Below are positions 25,953 to 34,831 of a stretch of 64,000 nucleotides of DNA, piece after piece; the first letter of the stretch is position 1; the number at the start of each line of letters is the position of its first letter. The stretch lies in NCBI GenBank assembly GCA_031288595.1, contig JAITRB010000003.1:27861-91860 (forward strand), given 5' to 3'. The notes under the pieces are model-generated. The model had not been told where the DNA came from. It searched no databases and saw only the letters and a list, made by a program, of their open reading frames with translations. The translations under genes and the position numbers were made by a program. Source of the DNA: Puniceicoccales bacterium (GTDB lineage: Bacteria; Verrucomicrobiota; Verrucomicrobiia; Opitutales; JAIRLG01).

Positions 25953-27392
25953 TTAAAACTGCTGCCTTTCGGACGAAAGGGCTTGTATTTTCCTATAAAG
26001 TGTTCTACGGCTGATTCCCAGCCTCTGGGCCGCCAGGGTTTTATTGCCCCTGCTCTCTTCCAGTGCCTTCTGCAGGCACTGTGGGTTCAGCCTTTCCTGA
26101 TGGTCTTCCAGATAGATGGATCGTGCGAGGGGAACGAGTTCGGGTGGATGGGGACTCCGGTCGGGCAGCTGTCCGAGGAATTTTGGATCCAGGTCTCCCC
26201 GCTCGATGATGTAGCGGTGTTCCGGCAGGAGAATCGCAGCGCTCTCGCAAGTGTGGCGCAGCTCGCGGATATTGCCCGGCCAGAAGTAGTGCTGCAGCGC
26301 GTCGATGGCATCGGACGAGAAGTGCAATTGTCTTCCGATACCGTTTTCAAAGCAGGCCTTTTGCAGGTAAAAATCCAACAGCAACGGGATGTCCATGGGC
26401 CGTTCCCGCAGGGCAGGAAGAGACAATTTGACGACGTGAAGGCGGTAGTAGAGGTCTTCCCGAAAACTTCCTTCACGTATCATGGCTTCGAGGGAACGGT
26501 GAGTGGCGGTGATGAGGCGGACGTCCAGGGACAAGGGCTCCGTGCTCCCGACGCGCTCGATTTGCAGGGTTTCGATGAAGCGCAGCAGTTTGACCTGAGT
26601 CTGAAGGTTGATCTCCCCGATCTCATCGAGAAAAATCGTGCCGCCATGGGCCCGTTCGAAATAGCCCACGTGGCGGTTCATCGCTCCGGTGAAGGCCCCG
26701 CGCTCGTGGCCGAACAGTTCGCTCTCCAGCAGGGTTTCCGACAATGCCGCGCAGTGCACCGTCACCATAGGCCCCGAGGCCCGAGGACTGTTGTAGTGGA
26801 TCCAGTGGGCGAAGACCTCCTTGCCGGTACCGGTCTCTCCTTGCAACAGTATACTGGCCTGCGTTCTGGCTACCTGGGTCGCCTTTTGCTGCAGGGAGAC
26901 GAGTGGCGAGTCCGGTGCACAGAGAAGATTTCCCTGTCGGGAAGCGGGCGATCGGGTCTGATGGCGAAGGGGATTTTCCGGAAGAAGAATGACCGGCTTC
27001 TCCTCCTCAGGAATCGAGGATTTCCTGGACCTTTTCCCTTCCACCGCCTGGAGTAGGACAATGCGCAGGTTCTCGAGGTTCAGGGGTTTGCTGAGGAAAT
27101 CGAAGGCACCTCTCTTCATCGCCTTGACCACCGTTTCTACGTCCCCACGGGCGCTCATGAGGACACAGGTCGGTTCCGGTGAGAGGCGGTGCAGGAGCTC
27201 GAGCAGTTTCAGCCCGTCATGAGCCTGTCGGAGGCAGAGCTCGCTCAGCACGACATCGATGCTCTCCTTATGCAGCCAGAATTCCGCCTCTTCCAGGCAA
27301 GTGGCTGAGTAAATGTCCCAGGAATCCTGAAAGGCAGCTTTTAAGAGCTCTTGGGTTTTCTTCTCTCCGTCGACCAGGAGCAGCTTCCGCAT
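25953..27392 (-). CDS. Sigma-54-dependent transcriptional activator (NtrC family) with atypical receiver domain
   Basis: It has a receiver (MRKLLLVDGEKK...DVVLSELCL...SKP), an AAA+ domain (GETGTGKEVFA, GAFTGA, TIFLDEIGE) and a Fis-type HTH (AAQRLGISRRTLYRKI). The start is moved to ATG 27392. Confidence 0.85.
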   Translation of the reverse strand: MRKLLLVDGEKKTQELLKAAFQDSWDIYSATCLEEAEFWLHKESIDVVLSELCLRQAHDGLKLLELLHRLSPEPTCVLMSARGDVETVVKAMKRGAFDFLSKPLNLENLRIVLLQAVEGKRSRKSSIPEEEKPVILLPENPLRHQTRSPASRQGNLLCAPDSPLVSLQQKATQVARTQASILLQGETGTGKEVFAHWIHYNSPRASGPMVTVHCAALSETLLESELFGHERGAFTGAMNRHVGYFERAHGGTIFLDEIGEINLQTQVKLLRFIETLQIERVGSTEPLSLDVRLITATHRSLEAMIREGSFREDLYYRLHVVKLSLPALRERPMDIPLLLDFYLQKACFENGIGRQLHFSSDAIDALQHYFWPGNIRELRHTCESAAILLPEHRYIIERGDLDPKFLGQLPDRSPHPPELVPLARSIYLEDHQERLNPQCLQKALEESRGNKTLAAQRLGISRRTLYRKIQALSSERQQF

Positions 27393-27414
27393 ATCGGTGC
27401 ACAGGGGTGAGGGA

Positions 27415-28065
27415 TTATTCCTCATCCTCGTCATTTTCATCGTCTTTCTCGATGTCCCGACAGTTGGTCATGACGCGCAGCCATACCTCCCGCAGATCGA
27501 AACAGGCCAGAATGGCATCCTGCAGGAGCAACTTGGCCTTTTCGGAATTCCCTGGTGCCTTTTGGATCAAGCCCATGCTGTAATTGATGCTCTGGAGTGC
27601 CGATTTGAAGTGGCAGATGGCCAGAACGGGGTCATCGGCATCCATGCAGGCAATGCCGAGGAGGGCATCGTGTTCCCCGCTGCCCAACAAGCGGGCGTAG
27701 ACCCAGGACATCTGGAGATTCTGATCCCCGCTGCATTCCTGGTAAAGTTCCCAGTTCTTATAGAGAAAGTGATAGAGCCCGTGCGTGACGATGTAGACCG
27801 GATGTTTGTGCAGCGTTTGTGGGCCTTCTCGCCAGCGCTTCTGCAAAATAGCCTCGATGGAATTATCTTCCTGCTGCGTCCAGCCCATCTGGAGGGCGAT
27901 GAGGTCCAGGTGGTTGATGATTTGTCTTAACTGGACGAATTTCTTGAGAAACAGGGTCGTTTCCACATCGATCTGTGTGAGATAGCGCCGCCAGTCAGCT
28001 TCATTCCAATCATCGGCCGAAAACTCACCCCCATCCCGTGCGCCGTATTCCCCTTCGAAACCCAT
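27415..28065 (-). CDS. Hypothetical protein with acidic C-terminus, upstream of the sigma-54 activator
   Basis: This is a 216-aa ORF. It ends 22 nt before the revised activator start. I recognise no family. Confidence 0.5.
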   Translation of the reverse strand: MGFEGEYGARDGGEFSADDWNEADWRRYLTQIDVETTLFLKKFVQLRQIINHLDLIALQMGWTQQEDNSIEAILQKRWREGPQTLHKHPVYIVTHGLYHFLYKNWELYQECSGDQNLQMSWVYARLLGSGEHDALLGIACMDADDPVLAICHFKSALQSINYSMGLIQKAPGNSEKAKLLLQDAILACFDLREVWLRVMTNCRDIEKDDENDEDEE

Positions 28066-28280
28066 GGGCCGGCATACTACTCCCTCCTCGATTTTAACAA
28101 GAGCATTGTGGATGGAGATGTACAGGATCTCTGCCTCTTGCAGCTTTTTCTCTCATCGGCGGCAAGAGTTGATCGCTAACAGGAGCAAGCGCGGCTTCGG
28201 GATCTTCTTGGCTAAGACCGACGGGAAGGGAAATTTTCCGCATCCATGAGCATTTTTTTTAAACTGTGTAAGGGGAAATC

Positions 28281-28958
28281 TCACGCGCGTTCCCTCTCCT
28301 TTGACTCCGCCGTTCTCTTCCCTTCATTGGCGATAGCCCAAAGGTAGAGAGAAGCGGTGCTGCCGCAAGGGCTGTAGCGCCGACAGTACATTTGAAACTG
28401 TTCCTTTGTAAGGCCTTCGAGGCCGTAGAGACGCATCAGGCCATGGCGGATGCCCAGGTCATTCCAGGAAACGATGTCGGGGCGACGGTAGGAGAAAAGG
28501 AGCAGCATTTCAGCTGTCCAGGGGCCAATCCCTGGGCAAGCGGTCAAGGTCCGAATGAGCTCCTGGTCACTGAGCTTTCGGAGATCTTCCAGATCCAGTA
28601 TTCCGCCAGCAACCCGTTCGGCAATGCCCCGGATGTACTGGACCTTGCGCTCGCTCAGACCACAGGAGCGCAGATGAGAGGGATCGATGGCCTGCAGGGC
28701 TTTGGCCTCCATGGAAGGACAGAGAGCGCAGAGGCGCTCCCAAATCACGCGAACCACTTTCCTGGATAGCTGCTGTCCGGCGATACTTCTGATGAGCGCG
28801 GCGAAGGGATCGAGCACAGGCCTAGGCCACTCCAGTTGACCGAGACGTTCTATTACCCTACCCAGGAGAGAATCCTGTTTCCGGAGATAGTCGAGGGCAT
28901 CGGGGCTGCACAAAGTCTGGGGCCCCTTGGAATCCGAGGCTGTTCGGTGTTGGGTCAT
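28281..28958 (-). CDS. HhH-GPD DNA glycosylase (AlkA / 3-methyladenine glycosylase II-like)
   Basis: IAGQQLSRKVV, LTACPGIGPWTAEMLLLFS (HhH-GPD) and DLGIRHG are present. Confidence 0.75.
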   Translation of the reverse strand: MTQHRTASDSKGPQTLCSPDALDYLRKQDSLLGRVIERLGQLEWPRPVLDPFAALIRSIAGQQLSRKVVRVIWERLCALCPSMEAKALQAIDPSHLRSCGLSERKVQYIRGIAERVAGGILDLEDLRKLSDQELIRTLTACPGIGPWTAEMLLLFSYRRPDIVSWNDLGIRHGLMRLYGLEGLTKEQFQMYCRRYSPCGSTASLYLWAIANEGKRTAESKERERA

Positions 28959-28971
28959 AAGTTTCTGCCTT

Positions 28972-29062
28972 CCTCGCCAGCGATCCCAAAACTTTTAAGT
29001 TTTGCTGCTGCGCTCCGCGCAGCAGGCGCTGGGCGGGAGCCCAGCGCGGATCGCTGGCGGGG
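28972..29062 (-). repeat. Cloverleaf palindromic repeat CLR-B, copy B1
   Basis: Outer stem cctcgccagcgatc/gatcgctggcgggg. Hairpins are caaaactt-tt-aagttttg, ctgctgcgc-tcc-gcgcagcag and gcgctgggc-ggga-gcccagcgc. It matches the reverse complement of B3 at 89 of 91 positions. Confidence 0.9.
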
Positions 29063-30419
29063 CCGTCGTTTGCCCTTTTTCCTGCCGCTCCCGCTTCAGC
29101 TGCTTCCAGTGCTCCAGTCGCTCCGCAATGCTCGCTTCAGCCCCCACCTGTTTGGGGAAGTAAAAGGTTTTTGGCTGCAGCATGAACTCCTGTCCGGAAA
29201 TATTTTCCTCAAAATCGTGACTGTAGCGGTAGTCCTGAGATTGGCCCAGTTGCTTGCCGATGGCCGTGCTAGCATCGCGCAACCACAGCGGTACCGCCTG
29301 TGTTCCTTCCTGACGGATGCTCTCCCGAGCCCTGTTCAGGGCGAGGTAAGTGGAATTGCTCTTGGGAGCAGTGGCGAGGAAGACGGTCACATGGGCCAGG
29401 TTCAGAGCGCATTCCGGCAGGCCGACGCGTTCACAGGCATCGAAGCAGGCGGCGGCCAGAGGCAGGGCCCGGGAATCGCCTAAACCGACATCCTCGGAGG
29501 CCGCGATGAGCAGCCGGCGGGCGACGAAGCGCGGGTCTTCGCCACCCTCCAACATCTTGGCCAGCCAGTAGAGGGCCGCATCCGGAGCGCCTCCGCGGAT
29601 GCTCTTGATGAAGGCGGAAATGGTATTATAATGCTCATCCTCGTCCGCGTCATAGCGAATCTGCCTCTCTTGGGCAAAGAGCGCCAGGTCGTCGAGGCCC
29701 AGTTCCCTTCCCATGGGAAGGCTCATGACAAGGGTTTCCAACGCATTCAGGGCCCGACGCAGGTCACCATCGCAGAATCGGGCGAGTTGGAGAAGAACTT
29801 CCGGCCCAGCCGAGCACTGGGTGTTCCCCAGACCCCGGATCTTGTCCTGAAGGGCCAGGACTAGTACAGCGACGACCTCGCCCTCGGAAAGTGCTTCCAA
29901 ATGGAAGAGCTGGCTGCGACTCAGCAGCGGAGGGATGATGGAGAAGCCGGGGTTGTGCGTCGTAGCGCCGAGGAGCCGGACACAGCCGCTTTCGAGATCA
30001 GGCAGGAGAAGGTCCTGCTGGGCCTTGTTGAAGCGGTGAATCTCGTCGATGAAGAGGAGGGTCGAGCACCGGAGATTTCTTCGGGCCGTCTGGAGGATTT
30101 CCCGCAGCTCGCTGACATTGGATGATACGGCATTGAGGGGGACGAGTTCGAGCTGTGTCTCCCGGGCGATGACTTCGGCCAGCGAGGTCTTGCCGCAGCC
30201 GGGTGGGCCGTAGAAGAGAAGGCTGCCGAAGGAGTTCTGACGGATGAGCTTCGGCAAAAGGCAATCCTCGCCCAAAATCTGCTGCTGGCCCACCATTTCT
30301 TCCAGACGGCGTGGCCGCAGCCGGGTGGCCAGTGGCACATAGCGCCGCAGGCCTCCATTCTCCTCATCCGCTGAGTTCTGAGACCACCAGTCCCCATCTG
30401 CCGGAGGAGAATCTTTCAT
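28995..30419 (-). CDS. rarA: Replication-associated recombination protein A (RarA/MgsA AAA+ ATPase); last ~22 codons lie inside repeat B1
   Basis: It has Walker A GPPGCGKTSLA, LLFIDEIHRFNK and the C-terminal MgsA domain (DEHYNTISAFIKSIRG, YRYSHDF). Confidence 0.9.
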   Translation of the reverse strand: MKDSPPADGDWWSQNSADEENGGLRRYVPLATRLRPRRLEEMVGQQQILGEDCLLPKLIRQNSFGSLLFYGPPGCGKTSLAEVIARETQLELVPLNAVSSNVSELREILQTARRNLRCSTLLFIDEIHRFNKAQQDLLLPDLESGCVRLLGATTHNPGFSIIPPLLSRSQLFHLEALSEGEVVAVLVLALQDKIRGLGNTQCSAGPEVLLQLARFCDGDLRRALNALETLVMSLPMGRELGLDDLALFAQERQIRYDADEDEHYNTISAFIKSIRGGAPDAALYWLAKMLEGGEDPRFVARRLLIAASEDVGLGDSRALPLAAACFDACERVGLPECALNLAHVTVFLATAPKSNSTYLALNRARESIRQEGTQAVPLWLRDASTAIGKQLGQSQDYRYSHDFEENISGQEFMLQPKTFYFPKQVGAEASIAERLEHWKQLKRERQEKGQTTAPPAIRAGLPPSACCAERSSKT

Positions 30420-30434
30420 GAGAGAGGAAGGAGA

Positions 30435-31094
30435 TCAGGCTCGAACATGGGGATTGTGCCGCTTTTCCTGAAGAATGGAACTCAGCGGGCCATGGCCCGG
30501 GACGATGCAGGTCTCGTCCGGTAGGGCATACAGTTGTTCTCGAATGCTCCGGAGCAGGCGCTCTTCATCCCCACCTGGGAGGTCACTACGCCCGATGCTG
30601 TCCGCGAAGAGGGTATCGCCGACAAAGGCGATGGAGATTTGAGGGAAAACATAAGCAAAACTGCCCGGGGAGTGCCCGGGAACGTGCAGAGCTCTGAGGG
30701 AAAGTGTGGGAAAAATTTCACAAAGTTCTCCATTTACCAGCCAATGCCCTATCCGGCAAGGAGCTAGGCAAGTTTTGGGGCCGAAGGCCTCCATGATTTC
30801 CGGATGTCGGAAGAAAAGTTCATCCCCTTTGCCGGCCCATAGGAGGGCCTGCGCATCGGCAAAACGCGAGGCATCGGCCATGTGATCCCAATGGCCATGC
30901 GTCAGGAACAGCTGCGTCAGCGTCCACTCGGATGGCGAGAAGTGGTTTTGGGAAAAATTCCAGCTGTCGGGAGGCGCATCCACCACGGCGAGGCGATGGG
31001 CCTTCTCGTCGAGGATGAAGCCGACATTGGTCCCCAGTGGGCCGATTGGCTCAAGACAGAGGCAGAAACGTTCATCCGAAAAAAGGGTCTTCAT
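30435..31094 (-). CDS. MBL-fold metallo-hydrolase (glyoxalase II-like)
   Basis: The THGHWDH metal motif is present, plus HVPGHSPGS and GDTLF. The protein is 219 aa. Confidence 0.8.
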   Translation of the reverse strand: MKTLFSDERFCLCLEPIGPLGTNVGFILDEKAHRLAVVDAPPDSWNFSQNHFSPSEWTLTQLFLTHGHWDHMADASRFADAQALLWAGKGDELFFRHPEIMEAFGPKTCLAPCRIGHWLVNGELCEIFPTLSLRALHVPGHSPGSFAYVFPQISIAFVGDTLFADSIGRSDLPGGDEERLLRSIREQLYALPDETCIVPGHGPLSSILQEKRHNPHVRA

Positions 31095-31213
31095 ATTCGG
31101 AACAACGGCAGAGTCGCTAAGTTAGCTAAAGGTCTCGAAATTTCAAGGCGAGAGGGAAAAGACTTGATTTGTTTTTTATTTGAGCTGGGTGGGCTGAACC
31201 TTCGCTGTCATTT

Positions 31214-31312
31214 AGGCTGCCGCCTTTGCGCGCGATGGGGATGAAATTTCATCCCCCTCGCGCGTTGTCCGCAAAGCGGACGGAGCCCGAAGGGCTCCAA
31301 AGGCGGCAGCCT
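31214..31312 (+). repeat. Cloverleaf palindromic repeat CLR-A, copy A7
   Basis: Outer stem aggctgccgcctttg/caaaggcggcagcct is a perfect 15 bp. H1 is cgcgcga(t)ggggatgaaa/tttcatcccc(c)tcgcgcg. H2 is the variant gtccgc-aaa-gcggac. H3 is ggagccc-gaa-gggctcc. Confidence 0.9.
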
Positions 31313-31435
31313 CGCCGCAAAAGCGGAGATGCCATCCGGATCTTCATTCCTTTTATTGGAGTGCAGTAGACCGAAGTACGGAGCCTCGGTCAGGCCATTG
31401 CCTTTGGGAGGAAAGACCTTTATCTCTCGCGAGAA

Positions 31436-32242
31436 ATGACCTTATCGGAACAGCATCAGTCGGGAAAATATCCGCTGACGGCGCTCGTCATCGCCTCCAA
31501 CGAGGAGAGAAACATCGGGCGCTGCCTGCGGAGTGTTGGGGACTGGGTTGCCGAAAGCCTCGTCGTGGTTAACGACTGCACGGATGCGACGGTACGTGTG
31601 GCAAAAGCCCTGGGAGCCAGGGTGCTGGAGCATACCTGGGAGGGCTATGGGGCCCAGAAGAATTTCGGCAGTGCTCTTGCCACACAGAGCTGGATCCTTT
31701 CCCTCGACGCCGATGAGGAAATTTCTCCAGAGCTGAGGTGTTCCATCCAAAAATTCCTTTCGCAGAACAGCTCCAACTATGCCGCTGCCTATTTCCAGCG
31801 CATGGTCTGTTTCCAGGGCCGGTGGATTCGCCATGGAGACTGGTATCCGGATGAGCAGCTGCGGCTCTACCGGAAGGACAGGGGTCGCTGGACGGAGCAT
31901 GCCGTGCACGAGCACCTGGAGGTGAAAGGAAGGATAATGCGCCTTCGCGGCCCCCTCCACCATTACACTTACCGCTCGCTACGGGAGCAGGTCCAAGTGG
32001 GCTTGAATTATGGTGAGCTCTGGTTGCGGGATCGAAAACTGCGGCCGGTCTGGGTCTTCGAGATCCTGGCTCGGGCGTTCTGGAGATTCTTCAGGGGCTA
32101 TCTACTGAAGTTCGGCTTCCTCGATGGATTTCTGGGACTCTACATCGCCCTGAGCCAGAGCTTTCTCGTTTTTTATCGCTACACGAGTTTGCGGGAATGT
32201 TATGAGGAGAAGCGTTGGGGCCAGGGAGAGAGAATGTCTTAA
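31436..32242 (+). CDS. Family-2 glycosyltransferase (LPS core type, KdtX/WaaE-like)
   Basis: LTALVIASNEERNIGRCL and ILSLDADEE (DxD) are present. It lies immediately upstream of waaA. Confidence 0.7.
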   Translation: MTLSEQHQSGKYPLTALVIASNEERNIGRCLRSVGDWVAESLVVVNDCTDATVRVAKALGARVLEHTWEGYGAQKNFGSALATQSWILSLDADEEISPELRCSIQKFLSQNSSNYAAAYFQRMVCFQGRWIRHGDWYPDEQLRLYRKDRGRWTEHAVHEHLEVKGRIMRLRGPLHHYTYRSLREQVQVGLNYGELWLRDRKLRPVWVFEILARAFWRFFRGYLLKFGFLDGFLGLYIALSQSFLVFYRYTSLRECYEEKRWGQGERMS

Positions 32243-32273
32243 TTTTTAGGGGGAATTGGATGGTTTGGGCATT

Positions 32274-32365
32274 GGGACTGCCTTTGCGCCGAAGCCCCCT
32301 AAAAGGGGGCTTCGGCGAGGCCCGCCTTCGGCGGGCCGCTTCCTGCGGAAGCCAAAGGCAGTCCC
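32274..32365 (+). repeat. Cloverleaf palindromic repeat CLR-A, copy A8
   Basis: Outer stem gggactgcctttg/caaaggcagtccc. H1 is cgccgaagccccc-taaaa-gggggcttcggcg. H2 is ggcccgcc-ttc-ggcgggcc. H3 is gcttcc-tgc-ggaagc. Confidence 0.9.
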
Positions 32366-32472
32366 CAAAACAGCTAACCGCTGAGGTCCAGTGCCCAGGA
32401 AACCACTCCTCTGCTTGCCTGGAGCCTATTTTAGCCTCGCCCCTTGGGGCAGGTTCCGGATATTGCCCCCGG

Positions 32473-33777
32473 ATGATCTTCGTCTACCGCCTCCTGTACC
32501 CGCTGCTCTGGTGCCTGTCGATGCCGTATTTCCTCCTGAGGCGCCTGAAGCGTAGGGGCTATGGGCGCCGCTGCTGGCAACGCTGGGGATGCTACGAAAA
32601 ATCCCTATCGGAAAAATCTTCTGACAAGAGGCGCATCTGGTTCCAGGCGGTCAGCATCGGCGAGCTTAAGGCCATCGATCCTCTGCTCCGCCACTTGGCT
32701 AGAGATCCTCGATTGGAGATTTTTCTGAGCATCTCCAGCAGCAGCGCTTACCGGATGGTGGAAAGGGATTACGCTTCTCTGCTCCTGGGCTATGCCTGGT
32801 TCCCCTGGGACTTTTTCCCGGTCATGAGCGCAGCTTGGGCGTACATTCGGCCTGACCTGGCCATCCTGAGCGAGGAAGAGCTCTGGCCGGAATTTCTCAC
32901 CCAGGCCGAGCAGCATAGGGTTCCGGTTTTCCTGGTCAATGGGCGCCTGTCGGAACGCTCCTGCCGCCGCTACCGGTATTTTCCCTTTTGGAGCCGATGG
33001 CTATGGCGGCATCTTTCTTGGATAGCGCTGCCGTCACCGGCCGAAGCGAAGAAATTCAAAGATCTAGGAGCACCGGAGGGGCTCCTGACGGTCATAGGGA
33101 ATTTAAAGGGCGACCGGCTAGCTCCTTCGCTGAGCCAGGAGGGGTGCTTGCTCCTGAGAAAAGAGCTCGGGTTTGCACCGAATGACCTCGTCCTGATCGG
33201 TCTGTCGACCTGGCCCGGTGAGGAGGCCCTGCTCCTGGAATGGCTGGGGCGCCTGCGGCGTGAGGAGCCTATGCTGTCCCTGCGATTGCTCCTGGTCCCC
33301 CGCCATGCGGAGCGCGGGAGGGAAATCGCAAAACTGCTCCAGCGCAGTTCTTTTTCCTGGTATCGGCGCTCGGAAGGACCTGGCTTAGCTGGGGCCGACG
33401 TCGGGCTGGTCGACACGACGGGAGAGCTGGAACAGCTGGCCTTAGTGGGCGATCTCGCCTTTATCGGCAAGAGCTTATGTCGGCATCGCGGCGGACAGAA
33501 TCCTCTCGACGCGGCCTTTGCGGGTCTGCCTATGGTCTATGGGCCCCACATGGATAATTTCAGAACGCTGAGCGCGGCGCTGGAGAGAGAAGGGGTGGCC
33601 TGGGGAGTGCACGACCCAGAGGAAGTCTTCGAAAGGCTCAGGTGGCTTCTGAAAAATCCTGCGTTGCGGCGGGAAATATCCTCCCGTCTTCGGAGATGGA
33701 CCTCCAGACAGGCCGGAGCTACGGAGAGGGTTTTGGAGAAGATCCTCCAGCACTTTGGGCTTGAAAATGAGAGCTGA
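32473..33777 (+). CDS. waaA: 3-deoxy-D-manno-octulosonic acid (Kdo) transferase
   Basis: MIFVYRLLYPLLW..., IWFQAVSIGE, LLVPRHAERG and GGQNPLDAA are present. The start is moved to ATG 32473 because the track's 32215 start reads through repeat A8. Confidence 0.85.
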   Translation: MIFVYRLLYPLLWCLSMPYFLLRRLKRRGYGRRCWQRWGCYEKSLSEKSSDKRRIWFQAVSIGELKAIDPLLRHLARDPRLEIFLSISSSSAYRMVERDYASLLLGYAWFPWDFFPVMSAAWAYIRPDLAILSEEELWPEFLTQAEQHRVPVFLVNGRLSERSCRRYRYFPFWSRWLWRHLSWIALPSPAEAKKFKDLGAPEGLLTVIGNLKGDRLAPSLSQEGCLLLRKELGFAPNDLVLIGLSTWPGEEALLLEWLGRLRREEPMLSLRLLLVPRHAERGREIAKLLQRSSFSWYRRSEGPGLAGADVGLVDTTGELEQLALVGDLAFIGKSLCRHRGGQNPLDAAFAGLPMVYGPHMDNFRTLSAALEREGVAWGVHDPEEVFERLRWLLKNPALRREISSRLRRWTSRQAGATERVLEKILQHFGLENES

Positions 33778-33814
33778 ACCCCCTCGCTCGAAGAGCGACT
33801 TTTTTCTCGGTTCT

Positions 33815-34789
33815 ATGGAAACTCTCTCCGACCTGCTGCGGCGCATGGCCGACCTACAGATCCTCGTCATTGGGGATGTCATGCTGGATCGCTACATCTC
33901 CGGTGAGGTGTTCCGCCTCTCGCCCGAGGCACCGGTGCCGGTGATTGCGGTCGAGGACGAGCGCCATGTGCTTGGGGGTGCTGCAAATGTCGCTCATAAT
34001 CTCTCTGCTCTGGGCATTCGGACCAAGATCTGGGGAACTTGGGGACGAGATGCTTCGGGACTCCTCTTGGAGAATTTATTGCAAGAAGCCCAGATTGATC
34101 CCGTCGATGGCAGTGCGATTCCTGGAATACAGACCATTCTCAAGACGCGCATCGTGGCACGGCAACAGCAGCTCTGCCGCCTGGATCGGGAGGAAGCACC
34201 AGAGCGTTACCGGAAGGATTTTGGACAAGTCCTGACTATTGCCCTGCTCGAGAAGATCTTGGCCGAAGTCGATGCGGTGATCCTCTCCGACTACGCCAAG
34301 GGAGTTATCGATCAGCCCTGCGTCGACTTCGTCGCCAACTGCGCCCGAAAGGGGCAGAAGATTCTGGCCTGGGATCCTAAGCCGAAGCACGCGCTGCGTT
34401 TCCCTTATCTCACGCTCATGACCCCCAATCGTGCGGAGGCCTTCGCCTTAGCCGGCGAACCGGAAGAACATCGGCAGTTTCCGGCGGAGCGCATCAGCCA
34501 GAAGATTTTTCAATGCTATCATCCGGAATATCTGCTCATCACCCTGGGAGAGGAGGGTATGTTGCTGAGTCGTCAGGGTGAGCTGATTTCCCGCATCCCG
34601 ACCTGTGCGCAGGAGGTCTTCGATGTTTCGGGAGCGGGCGATACGGTGGTGACTTTCCTGACGGCGGCACTGGCAGCCAAGGCCTCACCGGAAGAGGCGA
34701 TTCATCTAGCCAATCGGGCGGCTGGTCTCGTCGTGGCGAAACGGGGAACGGCGGTGGTGACGCCGGAGGAGCTCAGGGGCTCGTTTTAA
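33815..34789 (+). CDS. hldA: D-glycero-beta-D-manno-heptose-7-phosphate kinase (RfaE domain I / PfkB family)
   Basis: ILVIGDVMLDRYISGEVFRLSPEAPVPV, GGAANVAHNL and DVSGAGDTV are present. The start is moved to ATG 33815, after the waaA stop. Confidence 0.75.
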   Translation: METLSDLLRRMADLQILVIGDVMLDRYISGEVFRLSPEAPVPVIAVEDERHVLGGAANVAHNLSALGIRTKIWGTWGRDASGLLLENLLQEAQIDPVDGSAIPGIQTILKTRIVARQQQLCRLDREEAPERYRKDFGQVLTIALLEKILAEVDAVILSDYAKGVIDQPCVDFVANCARKGQKILAWDPKPKHALRFPYLTLMTPNRAEAFALAGEPEEHRQFPAERISQKIFQCYHPEYLLITLGEEGMLLSRQGELISRIPTCAQEVFDVSGAGDTVVTFLTAALAAKASPEEAIHLANRAAGLVVAKRGTAVVTPEELRGSF

Positions 34790-34831
34790 ACTTTGAAAAT
34801 TTCCCCTAGCTCCCATAAAGGAAAGGAGCAT

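Noticed and set aside
25899-27056. A 385-aa plus-strand ORF lies antisense to the sigma-54 activator gene. Similar long antisense ORFs occur elsewhere (for example 245-868, 12773-13417, 42387-43124, 19732-20274, 61547-62056).
   Set aside because: These are shadow ORFs typical of high-GC DNA. The opposite strand carries a gene with clear family motifs, and the antisense translations are low-complexity and rich in R, P, G and A.
28836-29483. The ORFs 28836-29483 (+) and 39004-39234 (-) share the peptide FAAALRAAGAGREPSADRW, which suggested a paralogous gene pair.
   Set aside because: The shared peptide is simply the translation of CLR-B copies B1 and B3. Outside the repeat the ORFs are antisense to rarA or lie in intergenic DNA.
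32215-32472. The track ORFs carry long N-terminal extensions: waaA from 32215, the NuoG-like gene from 59169, fmt to 42163, prmC from 6420, ruvX from 21691 and rpoN from 36333.
   Set aside because: The extensions read through cloverleaf repeats or the upstream gene, and family homology begins at internal ATG or GTG codons. I therefore shortened the starts.
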